Source: Trypethelium eluteriae (Eukaryota). Taken from it: a stretch of DNA of 39,167 bases. The notes beneath the pieces were generated by a model. The model searched no databases. It worked only from the letters and a program-made list of their open reading frames with translations, and was not told the origin of the DNA. Where the stretch lies: the NCBI GenBank assembly GCA_051942245.1, contig JAVECL010000179.1, positions 1-39,167 on the forward strand, read 5' to 3'. Position numbers and translations under genes: made by a program. Below are positions 22,266 to 33,903 of the stretch, in pieces; the stretch's first letter is position 1, and every line of letters starts with the position of its first letter.

Positions 22266-24776
22266 ATGGAAACTCCAATTGCCAAACGGAAGAGAAAAGC
22301 GTTCTCGTGCTACGATTGTCGAAGGCGCAAACTGAAATGCGATCGTGAACATCCTGCTTGCTCTCGATGTAGGAAAGCTGGTCATGCCGACACATGCCGT
22401 TACGGATCTGGGTCGAATGATGAGGATGAAGAGGATGATAATGATAATGAAAATGAAGAACAAACTGTTACCCCAGGAACTGCTCAAATTCACTCCGCTA
22501 GAGCAAGTTTGGCCCCAAAGACCGGGAAACCTATCCTAAATGGAACATCAGACCGATCTAATGGCCAGACGAAGCGTATTGCACAGCTGGAACACCGACT
22601 TGCTATGCTAGAGGGGAAATCGACGGCTCCGGCACCTATGACGGGTCGAGTCGAACCCAATATTCCTAGTAACCCCGTCAGTAGTGCCGATACGAAAACC
22701 GCTGATTCCACTAAGCGAGAGTTCATGAGCATGCTGCGAGGGAGAGCGGATCAAGAATCTATGATCTTTAGGAAGAAAGGATTCAAGGTGAGACCATTAT
22801 ACACTCCTACAGAAATGAAAGACCGCTGACTTTTGCAGACACAATATTACGGCAGTAGCCATCTGGCGACGCTCCTCGTCCATGTATGTATATATTTTCA
22901 TCAAGCCCATCGGACTATTACCCATCCTCACCCTCATATCTTGCTGATCGTTTTGATCGGATTGGGTTTACATATCATATCGCCCGTATTCAGAACTCAT
23001 TCATTTGAACAGTTTCCAGAGACACGCGCCTTCATGAAAGATGCAATCAACAAGTATCCGTCCCTGTATCGCCTGCAGAACGACTTCCGAGCTCTCAAAT
23101 CTAAACGCAAGAGCAAAACGGTAGAGCCGAACATAAGCACTCATGATACAGACCTGCTTGCTTTGCTTCCTGATCAAGAGACTGTTCACCATTACTTGAA
23201 GTATTACTTCCAGACACTCGATACAATGTACCACGTTCTCCACGGGCCTTCGTTCTGGGAAGAATATACAGATTTCTGGAAAGACCCTACTCGCGGCCGC
23301 TCGGGGTTCATTGTGATCATGATTCTTGCCATTGCTGCCGTTCGATGTGCAGCAGCCCAGGAAACCATCAATTATACGATCGATAGCTCTGTACCTCGGG
23401 AACAAGCCATACACTGGACGAAGGTATGCGAACATTGGTTGGAAAGGCAGAGCAAGAAGCATCTCAACCTGACGGTATTTCAATGTCATTGCTTATTAAT
23501 TGTTGCGAAACGCATGAACAACATCAAGATAAAGGAGACCTGGACCGATACCGGGACATTGCTGCGATTTGCTATGTCAGCTGGATTCCATCGCGAGCCT
23601 AGCCTACTTCGAGGGAGAGCATCGGTCTTTGAGCAAGAGATGCGGCGACGGCTGTGGGCTACAATCATGGAATTGGAGTTGCAAGCCTCGTTGGAAAGAG
23701 GAATGCCATCTGCGCTGTCAGGGTTCTCTTTCGACTGTGTTCCACCATTGAATCTCAAAGATGAAGATCTCACGGACAAGTCCGAAATTCCTCTGCCATC
23801 CGAACCTTGCGAAAACTTTACGCCATCAGCCTTTTTGCATGCTGTCCAACGAAGTTTGTCACTGAGAACTGGGCTGACGTCACAAATAAACGACCTGGGT
23901 GCTCAAATCAGTTTCGAAGATGTCTTGAGGTTTGACGAAAGCCTTCATCAAGAACTAGAAGCAATTCCGGACTGGAAGGACCATACAAACGGCTCGGAAA
24001 ATAGCACCTGCCCACCATCGAAACTAGCGAAAGCACTTTTTGATATAACGCTTCGCCAATACCTCCTTCTAATCCACAATCCATTTGCTCGTCGCACTGA
24101 TAAAAATCCCCGGACAGCCTATTCAAGAGTTGCTTGCTTTGATGCCGCTTCAAGGATTATCGACCAACATGCGGACATTGCGGGATCCGGGCATATTGTG
24201 ATGATGCTTGGACGGGACGATGTATTTTCCGCTGCCTTTACCGTCTGTCATCATGCCTACCTATCCCAAATTCACAGTAAGTCACCGGCTGCCCTCTTGA
24301 ATAAAACATTCTGAAACTGAAACATCTTAGACGATATGGTCTTGCAACATCACACCTCAACAGTAGTTTCGCTTGTAGAAAGAGGCTTGTCGATGATGGA
24401 GGAAGTCCTTGTCCGCCTTGGCAAGAAATCTCTCCCGTGCTGGATCGTGGCCATGGCTCTCAGCATGGTGCAATCTGTAATTTCAAACGACTCTACTATC
24501 AACTACGAGCAGCAAGCGGTCGAAAGAGTCATAGCCCTCAACTATAGGATCCTGGCCTCCCAAGAATCCGCGCCTTGGGACCAGAACATTCCTAACGTCG
24601 TGACGCCCAGCGCCACGGGCACTAACGGGTCTTGGGGAGGTTCGGAGAATGTTCCAACGCCGGCTGCCGATATGTCTTTTGAATGGATCAATCAGGTTGA
24701 CATGTCCAACTGGTTGCCCGACAATTTATGGAGTTTAGATGGGGCTGATGCTCAAAATGACCTGTCTTGGATGTAA
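22266..24776 (+). CDS. Zn(II)2Cys6 transcription factor with fungal middle homology region
   Basis: CYDCRRRKLKCDREHPACSRCRKAGHADTC, and MHR motif AMSAGFHREP...EQEMRRRLWATI. Introns 22788-22838, 22884-23012 and 24277-24330. Confidence 0.92.
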
Positions 24777-26350
24777 CGAGGCATTTGCTAGCAGACCACT
24801 ATTTATCTGAGTGGGCATCAACAAGGAGGTCAAAATTTGACGATCCGTGGACGAAATCAGGAAGTTGCGCCCTAGAGACCGATGTCCGTTGCCTCCATTT
24901 GTCGGAGCACCAGGACAAAACGTCCCTATCTCATCTTTTCGGTCCGGAAGTGTCGCCCTTTATTACTCAACGGTACTGTAAAAGAGGATTTTTGATACAG
25001 GGGCTGAGAAAGCTCTGCTGAAGGCAAACTCGATGAGATTACAGAATCCTCTCGAAGTAATCATGAGGAGAAGAGCCTCTTTGGCAGAATTCGACGTTAT
25101 TCTCCAAAAAAGATGGACGGGTGAAGCTCTTTGATGATCTGGGTTTTGCAGACGCGCAGTTCTAATGGAGATTTTATCTTCATTTTTTTTCTATGTATGT
25201 CATGAACGCCGGCGCTTGAAGTATCATTTCTGTTAATACTGCAGCCAGCATCATCCTCGGCAAAAGCACTTTACGCCAAGACGTCAACTGCACATTTCTG
25301 TTTCCCACTAAGAAGTCCTGTTGTCGCTTGGAACAAAATGGCCGTCACGTTATCGGCCGGCAATCAAGTATCTCGCTTCGTCGTTTGCAATATGCAGGAT
25401 ATAAGATCTCGCCTCAAGTATACATTCGCTCTGCAAACCGCCCTACCGAGTAGCAACAGACATCATTGGGTCCACTTCTATTCCGTATCTTAAAAAATCT
25501 TGGAGCCCTCCGCTGGCCCTTCCAGCCACGTCTGCAATGTGCCTGATACAAATGGCCCGTTCCAACATTCCTGGTTGCAGTTGTCGCTGGGTCTACTGCA
25601 TTTACAGTCGGACTTGCTGCCTAAACGAAGAAGGATCCGAGGATTGCCCCTTGAGAAATGAATGGAAGCCTGATGTGGTGCTGTCGTTCTGCGGGAGAGG
25701 TATACACCGTCGATAACGGTGGAGGATGAACAGGAAGGGCATTTGCATTGGACTTGTTGAGGTTGGGGAATGCTCTGCGCGTTTAGGAAAGAGTAGTCTT
25801 GCCATCTTTACGAAGAGAATCAGCTACAGAGAAAGGCACCTTGAATAATCAATCGATGAGATGCATGCGCCTATCTCGTGTCTAAATTGGAGTAATTTGA
25901 TTCCAATATGATTCAGTGACGGAGCTTACTTTTAAAGAGATTTCGGCAGTGATATTGATATCGCTGTCGTTCTCAACGTCACTGCGGTCGCGTCGATCGG
26001 ACAGCTAGATTTTTCTTTTTCCGCAGAATGGATTTTAAGTATCAACGTTGAACGTAGTTGAACGCCTCAAGGCAAGTTCGAGGTGGTGCCCCTCTTCCTT
26101 CTGAGTCGAATAGCAATTCCTTCTCCCGGCGACCAAGGTTACGCGCAAGCAACAAGCAATGGATTTTGCTAATCAGAGGCACGATGCAATTCTGGTTCTG
26201 CCGGCGAAGTGTGATTCCATAATTATCTGTCTCGCGACAGGGAGGACGGTCTGAAAACCGTCCAAGGAAAGTGGACACTGGCTACTAGCTATCAAGGTTT
26301 CCAGCGTATTCGCTGTTACGTAAGCAATGGCAGCCGCAGCAGCTACGGGC

Positions 26351-28464
26351 TCAAACCGCCTTCTTCTTCTCCTCCTCAGCAGACGAGATTTCCGGAGCAG
26401 GAGCGCCCGCCTTCCCCTCGGCAATTTCCTCCTCTCCTCTCTTCTCATCAATCGGTGTGATCTCCGGCTCCGCCTGTGGCTCCGCCATAGCATTGTACTT
26501 GCGATTCTCCTCTTCCTTATAAAGCATGAACTCATCGCTATCCATATGCTTGTAGCGGAACCAGAAGATGACTGTCTGAATGAACAATGCGATAGCGGGT
26601 CCGCCCCATACCCAAATCAGGTGAGGATCCACAATTGCGGGCGTGAGGATTTCTCCCAGCGCCGCAGACAAGGCGTTCATCAGGAGGAAGAGAGCCATAA
26701 CGAGGGCCTTCATATTGGGCGGGGAACGCGCATAAGCGAGCTCATAGGCGGTCACGTTGCAGAAGCACTCGCTGATAGCGCCAAGGGCGATGTTGGGGAT
26801 TTGGAGCCAGACATTGAGGGTGCTGACGCCGTCTCCAATGTCGCAGCCTGTGGGATAGTATCCGCAGGGGTTCGTCTTGTAGACACGCCATTGAACAATA
26901 GCGCCAATGACGCCGGAGATCCAGGCGAGAGTAAAGCCGAAAGTGATGCGCGCGATGCGGCCAAACTTGATGTTATACCTGTGGAGAGTGGGGTATACAA
27001 TGTGGCTGAGGATGGGAATCGTGACAATGATGGTGAGAGGATTGAAATTGGTCAGGAGGTCATTTGGCGCACCGTTCGTGCTCATAGTAGAACCCTGAAT
27101 GGCGTTAGTCGATGCGCAGAGGAGAGAGAAAAGGTTGGCATACTTGATTTGTTGAAACACTGCCAATGCCTCCGTCATTCAAGTACCAGACGGGAAAATA
27201 GAGGAAAACACCACAGGCCTTGATGGTGCGATGGACATCGTCCACCATTTTATTACTCCAATCGGCAGTCTTCCCCTTCTCGGCCATCTTGTGAGGCCGT
27301 GCTGTGTCCCAGAATCCCTTCTTGAACGGGTTGAACTTATTTTCTCTGAGGCAAACGCTAATGATCTTAAAAGTCTTCGTAAGTTCTGAGCCATTCGGGG
27401 GATACTTGATAAGTTTATTATTCAAATAAGCGAGGAGCAGAGGAAGCAGAAGGAAGATGATTCCAGGCAAGAGGAAGGCAAGCCAGTATCCGACTCTCTT
27501 TTCAGAGTAGGTCGTAGCGATGGCGAAGAAGGCGCCAACGTTGATAAGTCCATAGAAGATGAGCATTATCCGTTGAACCGTTGTCTCGGGGTCAACTAAG
27601 ACTTTCTCTCCGGATTTGAGAACTTTGGTGTACGGACGCTGGTGTTGATATTGATCGATTAGGGTTGGCGCGACATTTGGCTTGAAGACACCTGCCCCAA
27701 AGGCCAGAACAAGCAGACTGATGATGAAGGGAGCGACACCGTGGCCCGCCTTGAGCACTGTGGGGAGGGCACCGAAGATCAGGATAATATGGGCAATTCC
27801 GCATATCAAAACCCCAATGAGTATAGTCTTGTATCGCCCAATTCTCGTGTCGGCATACCAACCACCAAAGATCGGCACAACATAAGCTAGGAATTGAAAG
27901 AGAAGGACAAATGCATTGGAGAATTGAAGACCCTTGCCAAGGGCACCAGCAGTCTCCTCGCTGCCTCTGGGAGGTGCACCGGCGCCATTACCACCTATGG
28001 AAGTTATCAGTCGGGCCAATTACAAGATAAGCAGTGAGTTTCTTACCCTTGGGCAAAGGATACTCCATGAAATTCGAAAAAATCGTCTGGACGCCATAAT
28101 ATGAGGCTCGCTCACTGAACTCGACTATGCACAGCAGCCATGCTACCGTTGGGATTCCGTCAGACACTTTGCGAAGAGTGCTTAACTCTTGCTCGGTAGG
28201 AATTGGGTATTTTTCCTTGTCTACGACGGATTCGCGGCGATCTGCTTCGGCAAGCGCCTCCATGTCGACGCTGAGGCGCTTCGCGTCCAGTGAAGTGGAA
28301 ACGCCATCTTGAAGGGCAAATGAGCTCCGACCATGAGGCTCCAAGATCTCTTTCGGTGGCCTGGTAGCGACAAACTCAACCGTGAGTTGACCGTCCGTTG
28401 CGCCAGCTGTAGTCAATGTGAGGATGTCAATTCGACAGAGATGTAGGGGGTAGAACTTACACAT
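26351..28464 (-). CDS. PTR2: Proton-dependent oligopeptide transporter (POT/PTR2 family, MFS)
   Basis: EFSERASYYG (ExxERxxYYG), GGWYADTRIGRYKTI, GAGVFKPNV, FYGLINVGA and AYARSPPNMK. Probable start ATGT at 28464-28461 followed by intron 28460-28407, with further introns at about 28047-27994 and 27143-27095. Confidence 0.92.
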
Positions 28465-28636
28465 TGTGCACCGTTTCGAAGATTCAATGCAGGTCCCGCG
28501 GTGGGCGTAGAGCAAGTGACCAGGTAGGACCTGGACTCATTACCTTACTTTATAATGGTGAGTCCAGCAACTGCTGAACCTAGCAAGCCAGGCGATCATG
28601 GTGCCATCGACGACGACACAGCGTTACAGCAAATTG

Positions 28637-29347
28637 CTTATCGGCTGCGAATCTCACGCAATCAGTGGATGGATCTCGCTAGCTCCACCTACCTCACGGT
28701 ACATGTCTTCTACGTTTATGCAACGCATCGGCGTGGCAAATACTCCGTAGAAACATGTCCATCAGCCACTGTCTGTTCTCGCTCGCGCCATGACCAGAGA
28801 CAGTTTTCTGCCCTCGTACGAGGTGACGGCTTTGCCTCGTGCTTCGAGGATTCGAGGAACAGATCGTGGACAACTCCACTCAATCATAGTATCTCTGTTG
28901 TATCACCAGTATCATGCTGTGTCTGGCGCAAGGCCGAGCCTATCGCGTTGCAGCCGGCAGAGGGGCCAAGGCCATGAAATGGGAAGCTCGCCGGGTGAAA
29001 GTCAATCCTGGCCGCGATAAGACAGGGCTGCCTGTCGATCAGGAGCTCTGTGAATCGGGGATACCACTTAAGGCCTGAAGTTCAGCAGGGTCCCTGCAGA
29101 TATGATGCGATAACCACCACTGATTGCGAGCCGACGCAAGCGACTTGCATATTAAGTGTTGCGGGGGAGCGGTACAGTGGTGCAGTGGTCACGGTGGTGT
29201 TCTAGAAGACAGTCCCAAGACATGTCAGCGAGGTCGGAGAGTGCTTTGTGAAAGGGATGGCCCTTGTCGCCCCGGGAGAACGCAAAACTTCAGATTCTCA
29301 AAAAACCGAACGATCAAGTTTTCTCAGTATGAATGAACACGTGATAA
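28637..29347. promoter_or_regulatory. Possible AreA/NIT2-type GATA sites upstream of the peptide transporter
   Basis: About five HGATAR matches (near 28637, 28940, 29015, 29108 and 29342). This fits nitrogen regulation of POT genes but is only modestly above chance. Confidence 0.3.
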
Positions 29348-29999
29348 TCGGAGGCCTGCCAGGAGTACGTTGTTTCGTTATTTGGGATCGCGCCGAGCGT
29401 TTCCTAAGCGGGTAGTAGACTTACCTTTATAGGAGTTAATTTGAAGATCCCGGTTCGGCGATTGCCCGACTCACCTAGTCGCCTCCAAGATTTCTGAGTC
29501 CATGTGGTCATAATATTGGTAGGTTGGGTACATGTAGGTAAGATTGGGCTCAAGCGGGCGAAGTATAGGGAACTGACCTCTAGACAAGTACGAGTCCGTT
29601 ACCTCTTGTGGATATGGTTTAATGAGACGGTTCGGTCGGAAGCCTTATGGAGGTACTTGAGGTGCGTTCCCTAACCAAAAGCCGTATTTTCTTTACAGGC
29701 TCCTTTGAGCATCTCGAGAATGCCCCTGACTGGGATCGGCTATTGGCCGAAGATGGCGGACAAAGCAATAAATCCCCTTGACCCGAACGCTCTTTAAAAG
29801 CGTCTGAAGACGTTGCTCAGGTTTCGAGCTGCAAAAGGAGTACCAATAATTTGCACTTTGCTTACCACTGGGTTACCGGTGGGCGGGGCTGGCATACAAA
29901 TAGATGTAAGTTCCAGCCTTATGCCATTGAGTCATACATTCAATAACGTGACAGCCTTCCATCTACGGCAGCGACACCGAAGATCTACTAGGTCCAAAC

Positions 30000-30439
30000 A
30001 TGATTCAGAGCCTCCTGCTTATTACGCCTCTGCTCTTACTCGCTTGGGCTGCTCCGGAGCCACCCACGTGTACGGATGGCGGCACTCTTTACTGCTGTCA
30101 ATCGACACTTGCCGGCGACCTTCCACTAATCGAAACGCTGGCCAACGTGTCATGCTACAATCTGACTCCAGAAGACGTCAATTGTATTGGGAGTGAGTGA
30201 AACGACATATCTTCTGTTACAAGAATTTTTGAAAAAGGGAACGACGGCAGCTAATCTCTGTTTTTCATGCAGCCGATGCGCCAATTGACCCCGACACCGG
30301 ATGTGTGGGCACTTATACCTGTTGTCAGGTGACGAGGTTGGCGCCAGTGGTGGGGCTCTTCTGCTCGAAACCACCGGGCGACTGCGAGGGCGGACCCGAA
30401 AATTGCACTAACATCTTGGACAAATTTGGTGACTGTTGA
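30000..30439 (+). CDS. Class I hydrophobin-like secreted protein, 119 aa, 12 Cys
   Basis: Signal peptide and intron 30193-30272 (GTGAGT...GCTAAT...CAG). Core spacing C-x7-CC-x28-C-x12-C-x5-CC-x12-C plus four extra Cys. Confidence 0.8.
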
Positions 30440-30798
30440 AGATGTCTCGTCGTCAAAATTCTCGTTCTTCGAATCGCGAAGATAGCACGAAGTCTAGAAA
30501 GCTGGGTGGCTAAACATCGATACTCCAGAAATTCCCTTTGGAGTTTTTCTAGTTGGGAAATGTCATTGCCGCTAAGCAGCCCAAGTGAGTGCAGATGATC
30601 GGTTCATAGCAGAAGTCCAACTAGGGATCGATAATGTAATATATAATCAGTGCTATGCTATCTACAGCTCAATCGCCATCCCAGGGAACTGAACTTCACT
30701 TTGCGGCCCAAGATCTCCATTGCTACAGAGTCAGATACATGTTCAAGATTCGAAAAGCAAGATTTAGCCATTTCTCACTACACATTTCGCGTTGAAGA

Positions 30799-31559
30799 TC
30801 AGTGCGTGCAAGTCTGCCAGTTGAAGTAAACAATCTGCGTGAATTTGGTATCCACACTGTCCGTAGTCATAAGACCGTTTAAGGTTGACTTGCTTCCAGC
30901 AACGCGCACTTGAGAGTTGATGTTCAGTGCACCATTGGCACCGCACGGTGACCAGATGGTGGAAATGCTCTGGGCCTGGTCATGAACAAGGTAATCCCCG
31001 TCCATCGGACCGATAAAGTTAGACTGAGTGGACACCTGTACATCGCATGAGTACCGCGAGAATTGTCATGGAGAGGGCAGTGACTGGGCGCGCTGAGCAG
31101 AGTTCATACCTGAGCAGTTTGGCCAGAGAAATAGTAGGTGCTCTGCTGAGTACCGTTGACACCAGCATCAAGTTCAGCAAAGCCACGGTAGTCAGCCGAG
31201 AAGATAGAGTATTGGAAGCCACCCGGGTATTGCAAGTTGATGTTGAGCTGACAGTTCTTGCGGTTTTCGGTGATCGCGATGCCTGAACCCATGGACGCAA
31301 CATAGGAGTCGAAGATGAGCGTCATGGTGGTGCGATCGTCAGAGATGACCGATGCGACGGTGCCTTGAGGGCAGCCAGTCCCGCCATATGTGAGCTATGC
31401 ATTTGGTCAGAGCTGCCATCAATTGAATGGAAGTTATGGTCTTACGCTCTCAATTTGGACTTGAGACGCGTTGGGGGCTGTGCCAGAGTTCTCAGGGACT
31501 GGTGGAAGGACCAGAGCCGCAGCAAGGGCTGGTAGAGCAAGAAGAGCTGTGATGAACAT
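30799..31559 (-). CDS. Secreted DUF4360 family protein
   Basis: Signal peptide MFITALLALPALAAA. Motifs YGGTGCPQGT, TLIFDSYVAS, RKNCQLNINLQYPGGFQYS, WSPCG and final FNWQTC. Two GT-AG introns and TATAAAA at about 31673-31679. Confidence 0.85.
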
Positions 31560-33603
31560 TTTGAACGGGAGAAGATGACAAAGGGCTACGACTTTGAAGT
31601 CTGATTCTTGGTAGGAAAGACTGATTGTTGACAGAGCGGTTTTTGTTCATTCCCTATGGACATCTCCCGCTCTTTTATATTCGCTCCATCAGCTAATATC
31701 CATCACTTCCTCTAGTCCTCGCCTGTCTGTTCACTCCGATATAGACGTCTATTCTGGACCCAGGCCATACAGTAAGTCTATCCGAGCAATCTCAAACCGT
31801 GTGCCACAAAGCGAAGTGGTCTGACTAGGAGCAGGTTGAAGAAGCAAGTGCGGTGTGGCTTTCTGGTAATCTGCTTAACGCTGAGGCGTTACCGTATCAC
31901 GCGGTCAACTCCATTCGAGCTATTGACCCAATATACGCAGACTGACAGCCTTTGATACCTGCACCGCTTTTGGAGACATGGTCTGACTCGTATTGAGAGT
32001 CTGTGATACTGCGCTTGGACGCTCTTCTGGCAGCCGCGCCTTCATGATCAAATGGGCTGCATTCCACAGAATGATGCTGCTGGCCCACAAATGCCTGTGC
32101 AAATCGACGTCAACATGCTGGCGTAGATCCAAGATGAAGTCCCTGCATAGAATTAGTGATATACACAGTGCTAATGATAGAAGCTCGTGGGCATTGTCGG
32201 GAAAATTACATTACTTTGCGAACCCGTAGTGAAGTCGGTCAGTTCCGGATCAACACTACTGCTTGCCTGATGCACACTGTGGCCAGACTCCTTGGCAAGG
32301 CCGCAATGTACATCCGGATGTTGATAGCGAAGTTAATCTATGTCGTTCCGAAGCGACGAATAGATTAAGATGCTTGAGAGAGTGTGTGTACGTAGATTTA
32401 TTCCCTCAACGCTAGCTGGGGTCGGAGACAATCTTGAGCTAATGTGGAGAATCAACCAGATAGGATGATAGCTTTCGACTGGGTTGCTCTGCATGTGAGC
32501 TTGGTCATGTCTTTGCAGCATTGAGCGAACAAACCGGCGCTCTTTGATACGAAGACATTATGGTTGTCAGAAAGTGAGCATTACCGCGGCAGCAGATGCA
32601 ATTACTAGGTTTAAACGGTCAGCGTGATTGGGTGCCAAGAATAACGTATAAATATACTTGCTTTTCGGAGACTACCGCTGTGCATGGATAAAATGCATCA
32701 CGGTGGTTTGGTGTTCAAGCATTTTCAGCCGTTATAGCCAAGCGTGTCCCTGCATCTGGAGTTGCGCTAGCACCCAAAGGCTAATGAATCTTAGATTAAA
32801 TCGATCTTCCGGCACACTCAAAGCAAGATCTCATTGTCCAGAACCCCGCATTTCACCCTTGAACGGCTGCAAGTCATGAGTGCTATTGCTTCCTAGATGA
32901 AGAACAATTTTCCGGGCAGGAGGCCATCTAGACCATCATAATGGGTCTCGTCTCGCGAACTATTGGACTTCACTGCATGTAAAAGCAATGCAGGGGAAAC
33001 CGTTCCTAGCGATGATCGGTTGCAGTCGTTTCTTAGATCGGGCGACGCAGGCCGTGTGCGTTTGGAGTACAACCGTTCCCTCGACCTTGCAGAGACTAGA
33101 GCCTGTGGTGTAGACATCACCGCGGTGGCGATCTGAGGCCAATTTCTTGCCGTTGCTGATCTTGTATAGCGCTCCGTGTGTTGTTTTGCCTTTCGCGAAG
33201 CCTCAGTCTAGACAAGCTCGACAGATGTGGTAGCTTATTGTGGCGCTGATGAATCGACAATCCCACTGATTGTCATGATCTAGACCTGCTCGTGGAGGCA
33301 AAAGCGAAGAGCACGGCTTTCTTTTCGTGGAAGTCAAATAGCGCTCAGGTGGCTCGATAGGATAGAAGTTTGAACAATCTAATACAAAAAGTCAGCACTT
33401 GCACATACATTTGAACGTCAACTTCTCTCATCTTTCCCAAGACCATCCACAACCATAAGCAAGAGGACCATCAGCAGCACCTTGCCGCGTGATTAGATTA
33501 CCTTCTCGGTAAGGATCGTCCAGTCGATATATCCAAAACTCATATACTTACATCAACTAGTTAAACGAATACCATCAAGAGGAACGATATATTCCGTACG
33601 AGA

Positions 33604-33903
33604 ATGCAGTTCTCGACACTCCTGTTCCCCCTCGCAGGCCTCATTGCTCTCGTCGCGAGCAATGCCTGCGTTGTAGGCGGACCTGAGGATGATGTGACAG
33701 ATGCTGAGAGGTGTTGCAACCGCTTTTCCGGGCAGAACCAGTTCTTCTCCCGGTCGGCAAACCAAGGCATCTGCGTCCTGCCCGCCGCCGTCCAATCTTC
33801 ATATGAAGCATGTGTTGCGCGCTTCGCTGCTGATACTTATGACATTGTCTGCATCAACTGCGACGAGGCAACAGAATGCGGCTTGTCTCCAACTAGCGTC
33901 TGA
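33604..33903 (+). CDS. Small secreted cysteine-rich protein (99 aa, 8 Cys), effector-like orphan
   Basis: Signal peptide MQFSTLLFPLAGLIALVAS, an even number of Cys, A at -3 of the ATG, and a likely 5'-UTR intron at 33509-33560. Confidence 0.75.
   Translation: MQFSTLLFPLAGLIALVASNACVVGGPEDDVTDAERCCNRFSGQNQFFSRSANQGICVLPAAVQSSYEACVARFAADTYDIVCINCDEATECGLSPTSV

Noticed and set aside
25537..25716. 59-codon Cys-rich + strand ORF (MCLIQMARSNIPGCSCRW...)
   Set aside because: No signal peptide, no recognisable Cys pattern and no splice or promoter support. Compatible with chance.
26327..27223. 298-aa + strand ORF antisense to PTR2
   Set aside because: Antisense shadow in a GC-rich patch. The minus strand carries the clear POT motifs.
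20640..28464. Hydrolase + TF + transporter as a secondary-metabolite cluster
   Set aside because: No PKS, NRPS, terpene synthase, DMATS or repeat-containing RiPP precursor in the window, and the transporter is an ordinary POT.
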